DNA of 64,000 nucleotides. It comes from Candidatus Magasanikiibacteriota bacterium (lineage in GTDB: Bacteria > Patescibacteriota > Patescibacteriia > Magasanikbacterales > UBA922). The DNA lies in assembly GCA_003482855.1 (NCBI GenBank), contig DMXO01000006.1:15052-79051 (forward strand), read 5' to 3'. Made by a program: the position numbers and the translations under genes. Every line of letters begins with the position of its first letter. The stretch's first letter is position 1. This document shows, piece after piece, positions 59,591 through 64,000 of this stretch. The notes below the pieces were generated by a model. That model ran no database searches, was not told the origin of the DNA, and saw only the letters and a list, made by a program, of their open reading frames with translations.

Positions 59591-60835
59591 TTATCTGCCT
59601 GCCCCAGCTTGGGATATTGGGTTTTCTCCTTTTTGCCCGCGTTCTCTTATGGTATCTCTCATTGCTTGTGTCGTATGACCCCCGTATATACCCATGTCAA
59701 TTAATATCCTATGAAATTCAAGTTGTCTTCTTTCAACTTGTTTTTCTCCAGCGTTTCGTGATTTAAATAAAGATTTTAATTTTCCCCCTATACCTTTCGT
59801 TTCTTCTGTATTGTTCCATACCCTGGCTTTTCCTAACTTTATATCTAGATATTTGAGTATTTCTATAGTTCTTTGCCAGTTTTCTCCTAGGTTATATTGT
59901 CCGCCGGAGCTGATAACAGCGTCTATAATTTTTCTCTCGGTATCTGTTAGTTCTATAGTTGTATCTTCTTCAACTTCTGGTCCAAGTGGATAAAATTTCG
60001 CTTTTTCTTCGGGTGTTGCTACATGACCGTATGTTGTTGTGCCAGAAGGATGTGTTGGTTTTTCTTCCTGTTGTATTTCTGGTCCGAATGGATAGAACTG
60101 CGCTTTTTCTTCGGGTGTAGCAGTTCTTCCTGATTCTACTTTTTTGCCCGGAGCAACTTCAATTGGAGCCATATCCTTGTCATAAATTTTTAGTAATCGT
60201 AACATGGCCGTAGAATAAGGAGGTTCTTTGAGTCGGGGTTCCTTGCGGAGGAGGGTATATAGTCGTTCACGTACGTCTTCTTGTTCTCCTGCTGTGAGTG
60301 ACGGTTGATTGTGAATTTCAGCTATAGCTCCTAGCTCATCGATAATTGATTGATCATGAGTTTTTTGTTCTTCCTCACCAAATTCTGTCTGGCTTGCTTT
60401 TCCCTCAGGTGTTGTTACGTGATCATGTGTCGTTGTGCCAGGCTTTGTTGACACTGCCGTCTTTTCTCTTGGTAAAGTTGTTTCTGTACTAATTGGCGTG
60501 TGTAGCACAAGGTCAGTTTGATCTTCACTTTCCGGTTCTGGCTCTCGAATATAGACAATCTCTAATCCATCTACTTTGTTTCCCGGTATAGCAAATTGTC
60601 TCCCTACCATTTTTCCCTCTAGTGGTTCTAAAATGAGGCCAGTGTCTTTGTCTTGTGATTTATCTACGACGACACATTTTATGGTTTCCTCTTTTTTTGT
60701 TATGTATTCGACAACCGATTCTCCTTTTATAAAATCTTTTCCTTTTACTGTGATTTTACCACCCTCAATTTTTTTCAAATGAGTTTCTAATCCAGCTAAT
60801 TGTCGCGCTGCATTACCATCTTCAAATCTATTCAT
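59591..60835 (-). CDS. Hypothetical protein with internal TPEEKA-type repeats
   Basis: GTTTHDHVTTPEGKA / TATPEEKAQFYPFGPEI / GTTTYGHVATPEEKAKFYPLGPEV. Confidence 0.75.
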   Translation of the reverse strand: MNRFEDGNAARQLAGLETHLKKIEGGKITVKGKDFIKGESVVEYITKKEETIKCVVVDKSQDKDTGLILEPLEGKMVGRQFAIPGNKVDGLEIVYIREPEPESEDQTDLVLHTPISTETTLPREKTAVSTKPGTTTHDHVTTPEGKASQTEFGEEEQKTHDQSIIDELGAIAEIHNQPSLTAGEQEDVRERLYTLLRKEPRLKEPPYSTAMLRLLKIYDKDMAPIEVAPGKKVESGRTATPEEKAQFYPFGPEIQQEEKPTHPSGTTTYGHVATPEEKAKFYPLGPEVEEDTTIELTDTERKIIDAVISSGGQYNLGENWQRTIEILKYLDIKLGKARVWNNTEETKGIGGKLKSLFKSRNAGEKQVERRQLEFHRILIDMGIYGGHTTQAMRDTIRERGQKGENPISQAGAGR

Positions 60836-60947
60836 ATAAAAATATTAAAAATTTAAATAACATATACATATATTAGCACTTTTTACCCCTTTTGTCAATC
60901 AAAATCTTGATTTTTTAGCCTAATTTGCTATAGTTAGGCTCCACTTT

Positions 60948-62270
60948 ATGGCCAATTATGCATATCACATTTTAACGTTTGGTTGCCAAATGAACAAAAA
61001 CGATTCTGAACGCATGGAGTCAATTTTGCAGTCTATGGGTTTGAAATCGGTTGAAAAAATGGAGGACGCTGATGTCATTCTTTTAAACACCTGTTCGGTA
61101 CGCGAGAGTGCAGAAAATAGGATTTTTGGACATGCTGAGACATTTTTGAAATTAAAAGAGCAGAAACCACATCTGGTCGTTGGCATAACTGGTTGTATGC
61201 CCGGGCGTGATGTAAAACAAGCCATGAAATCACGTTTGCATGGTGTAGATTTATATTTTCCGACCAAAGATATGATTATGTTGCCGAAATGGTTGAGCGA
61301 ATTGAATCCCAATTTGCGTCCGATTGATTTAGATAAGGATTATTTGTCTGTGAGACCAGTACATAACAATTCGTTTCAAGCATTTGTAACTATTCAGACA
61401 GGGTGTAATCATTTTTGTACGTATTGTGTTGTGCCATTTGCGCGGGGTACAGAGGGTAATCGTTCACTCGAAAGTATACTTGGTGAAGTGCGCGATTTGG
61501 CTGTTCATGGTTGTCTTGAACTGACTTTGCTTGGGCAAATTGTTAATCATTATATTGCCCCTGACCCAAAATTTTTTTCAAAAAAGAATCCTTATACAAA
61601 AAATGATTTTGCAAAATTGCTTTGGGAAATAAATAATGTCGACGGCATAGAACGTATACATTGGACAGCGCCGCATCCATTGTATATGGATGATGAAGTT
61701 ATTGACGCACTTACTCTACCAAAGCAAGTCAATTATATTCATTTGCCCGTGCAATCGGGGAATACGGAGATTTTGAAAAAGATGAATCGTCGCCATGATC
61801 GTGAATTTTATATAGATACTGTCAAAAAAATTAGAGAGAAAAAACCAAATATAGGACTTGGTACAGATATTATCGTAGGATTTTGTGGGGAAACAGAGGG
61901 ACAGTTTGAAGATACTCTGAGTCTGTATAAGGAATGTGACTTTGATATTTCTTACAATGCTCAATATTCACAGCGCAGCGGTACTGTCGCAGCAAAAATG
62001 TTTGTTGATGATGTATCAAAAATAGAAAAGAAGAGACGGTGGGAAAGGCTACAAGTCGTAATGGAAGAAATTACATTCCGTAAAAATCAATTGTATATAG
62101 GAGTGGAAGTTTCCGTATTGGTGGATATATGTGTGGATGGTGTATGTGGGGGCAATTCATTAGAAATGAAGCGTGTTAATTTCCCAGGCAATGAACATCT
62201 GGTTGGTCATATTGTCCACGTACGAATTAACCATATAACAGAGTGGATTTTGTCTGGGGAAATGATATAA
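60948..62270 (+). CDS. miaB: tRNA methylthiotransferase MiaB
   Basis: TFGCQMN, NTCSVRE, GCNHFCTYC radical SAM motif, TDIIVGF; adjacent to miaA. Confidence 0.93.
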   Translation: MANYAYHILTFGCQMNKNDSERMESILQSMGLKSVEKMEDADVILLNTCSVRESAENRIFGHAETFLKLKEQKPHLVVGITGCMPGRDVKQAMKSRLHGVDLYFPTKDMIMLPKWLSELNPNLRPIDLDKDYLSVRPVHNNSFQAFVTIQTGCNHFCTYCVVPFARGTEGNRSLESILGEVRDLAVHGCLELTLLGQIVNHYIAPDPKFFSKKNPYTKNDFAKLLWEINNVDGIERIHWTAPHPLYMDDEVIDALTLPKQVNYIHLPVQSGNTEILKKMNRRHDREFYIDTVKKIREKKPNIGLGTDIIVGFCGETEGQFEDTLSLYKECDFDISYNAQYSQRSGTVAAKMFVDDVSKIEKKRRWERLQVVMEEITFRKNQLYIGVEVSVLVDICVDGVCGGNSLEMKRVNFPGNEHLVGHIVHVRINHITEWILSGEMI

Positions 62271-63223
62271 TGAATGCATCTATGGCTGATGAACATACCA
62301 ATTTACCCAAAGTCGTTGTTCTCCTTGGGCCCACAACGTGTGGAAAGACGCAGTGGAGTTTGGATTTGGCACGAGCACATAAAGGAGAGATCATTTCAGC
62401 GGATTCGCGCCAAATTTATAAAAAAATGACGATCGGGACAGCAAAGGTGGTTGGTGAATGGCGTCGTGAAGGCTTATCGAAAACGTATTATGTAGGAGAT
62501 ACGCCTCACTATCTAGTTGACTTTCTTGATCCTGGCAAGATGTTTACGGTCGCTGATTTTCATGATCGGGCAGTCAAACAAATTAGAACCATTGTGAAAG
62601 GTAGTGCCGTGCCTTTTGTCGTCGGGGGTACAGGATTATATATACATGCTATTGTAGATAATTTGGAGATTCCACGTGTAGCTCCCAATAAGAAATTAAG
62701 AAAAAGTTTTGAAGAAAAAACAGAAGATGAACTTATTGAATGGCTTCAGAAATTAGATCCGAAGACGGCAGAGTCAGTGGATCAACATAATAAGCGACGG
62801 ATTATACGTGCTCTCGAAGTCTGCATCTTGAGTGGAGAACCTTTTTCAGCTCAACAAACCAAGGGTGATCCTTTATTTAATGTGTTTCAGATCGGTATCA
62901 AGATTTCTCGTGAGGAACTGTATGATCGCATAGAAAAAAGAGTCGATGCCATGATAAAAGATGGACTTGTAGAAGAAGTACGTAATTTATTGAGACAAAA
63001 GTATAGCTGGGATTTACCGAGTATGAGTGGCATAGGATACCGACAGTTCAAAGGATACTTTGATGGTGAATATAGCCTTGATGAAGCTATCGAACGACTC
63101 AAGCGTGACACGCGTCACTATTCCAAACGTCAGTTTACTTGGTTTCGTAGAGACCCACGCATCAAGTGGTGTGAAACATATGACGAAGCCCAACAATTAG
63201 TTTCTTCATTTTTGAATGTATAA
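62270..63223 (+). CDS. miaA: tRNA dimethylallyltransferase
   Basis: GPTTCGKT, SADSRQIYKKMTIGTAK, VGGTGLY, RRIIRALE, KRQFTWF. Confidence 0.97.
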   Translation: MNASMADEHTNLPKVVVLLGPTTCGKTQWSLDLARAHKGEIISADSRQIYKKMTIGTAKVVGEWRREGLSKTYYVGDTPHYLVDFLDPGKMFTVADFHDRAVKQIRTIVKGSAVPFVVGGTGLYIHAIVDNLEIPRVAPNKKLRKSFEEKTEDELIEWLQKLDPKTAESVDQHNKRRIIRALEVCILSGEPFSAQQTKGDPLFNVFQIGIKISREELYDRIEKRVDAMIKDGLVEEVRNLLRQKYSWDLPSMSGIGYRQFKGYFDGEYSLDEAIERLKRDTRHYSKRQFTWFRRDPRIKWCETYDEAQQLVSSFLNV

Positions 63224-63225
63224 TT

Positions 63226-63915
63226 ATGTCGCCTTTGAATCCTTTGCAATTAGGTAGTACTAATAATTTTCGTCCTTCTCAAGGGGTGTCTTCAAGTGTG
63301 AGCAGACATGCCCAGGATTTGTCAGTTACATCTATCCAACAAAAGAAAGATAGGACGGCAGCCACAACGTCCATTGGGAGAGCAATACAAAAAAATAGTG
63401 GTTTTGGAGCGACGACGTCTGTCTCTCATATCGGAGAAGAAGACCAAAAGACGTCCTCTATACTGCATAATGCGCCAACAAAAAGGTCAGTGTATGATGA
63501 TGAACAAGCAGATGAAGTGCGCGACAGATTGCGTTATGCACATATTAGGCAGATGATGCGTGAACGTAAAGCAGACGAGAAATTGGCTGTTCAAGCTGCG
63601 CAAGGAGATAAAAAATTTGGATTAAGTCTCGGTACAGGTGTTTCATTTAACCGAATAATACGTGGTGGTTTCAACAAAACATTTGGTAAAATGGTACGCA
63701 AAAATAAGGCGACGTTTAAGAATATTTCAAAACAAGACAGACAAGTATTGGGGGATCTTATTCAGAAACACGCAACTGCTCGAGTCACAGGTACCGGATA
63801 TTCGTATGGAGATAGGAAACGTATGAAGATTGAAGTCGAAAATATAAAGAAGACGGGAAAAATTAGTCGGGAGGATGCCAAAGATTTCAAAAAAATTATT
63901 GATAAGATTAATTAA
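63226..63915 (+). CDS. Hypothetical basic, low-complexity protein
   Basis: 229-aa ORF starting 2 bp after miaA. Confidence 0.65.
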   Translation: MSPLNPLQLGSTNNFRPSQGVSSSVSRHAQDLSVTSIQQKKDRTAATTSIGRAIQKNSGFGATTSVSHIGEEDQKTSSILHNAPTKRSVYDDEQADEVRDRLRYAHIRQMMRERKADEKLAVQAAQGDKKFGLSLGTGVSFNRIIRGGFNKTFGKMVRKNKATFKNISKQDRQVLGDLIQKHATARVTGTGYSYGDRKRMKIEVENIKKTGKISREDAKDFKKIIDKIN

Positions 63916-63919
63916 CCAT

Positions 63920-64000
63920 ATGAAAAAATATTTTTTTGTGTTTATATTTTTGTTTATCACAGGTTGTGGAAATACATATATAACATTACCGATCGTAGAA
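63920..64000 (+). CDS. Putative lipoprotein, 5' part (runs off the window)
   Basis: MKKYFFVFIFLFITGC: signal peptide with lipobox. Confidence 0.6.
   Translation, partial: MKKYFFVFIFLFITGCGNTYITLPIVE

Overview
AT-rich bacterial chromosome segment that reads like a Patescibacteria/CPR genome (inferred from gene content and mostly Shine-Dalgarno-less, AT-rich gene starts; genetic code 11). It spans the replication origin (yidD-rnpA-rpmH / dnaA-oriC-dnaN). Housekeeping genes include holA, polA, hppA, tig, PBP1A, comM, lspA, ychF, a type IV pilus cluster, tal, epmA-efp, ruvB, nrdJ plus a cobalamin adenosyltransferase, miaB-miaA and 9 tRNAs. Less ordinary elements: (1) a ~5 kb island after tRNA-Ala(GGC) with a 1165-aa protein joining a LexA-type DNA-binding domain to a large defence-like helical body, followed by a collapsed nuclease pseudogene and a nuclease-like ORF; (2) a ~350-nt structured, apparently non-coding transcript with a perfect sigma70 promoter; (3) a ~200-nt transcript with a perfect SD followed by ATG-TGA; (4) three GC-rich orphan genes flanked by long hairpins, one resembling a DGR-type target; (5) a zwf-gnd fusion; (6) several small repeat families, some inserted in frame in polA and a pseudouridine synthase; (7) an initiator tRNA with C33. 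No CRISPR array, rRNA, integrase, transposase or reverse transcriptase was seen. Family calls come from motif recognition only, not database searches.
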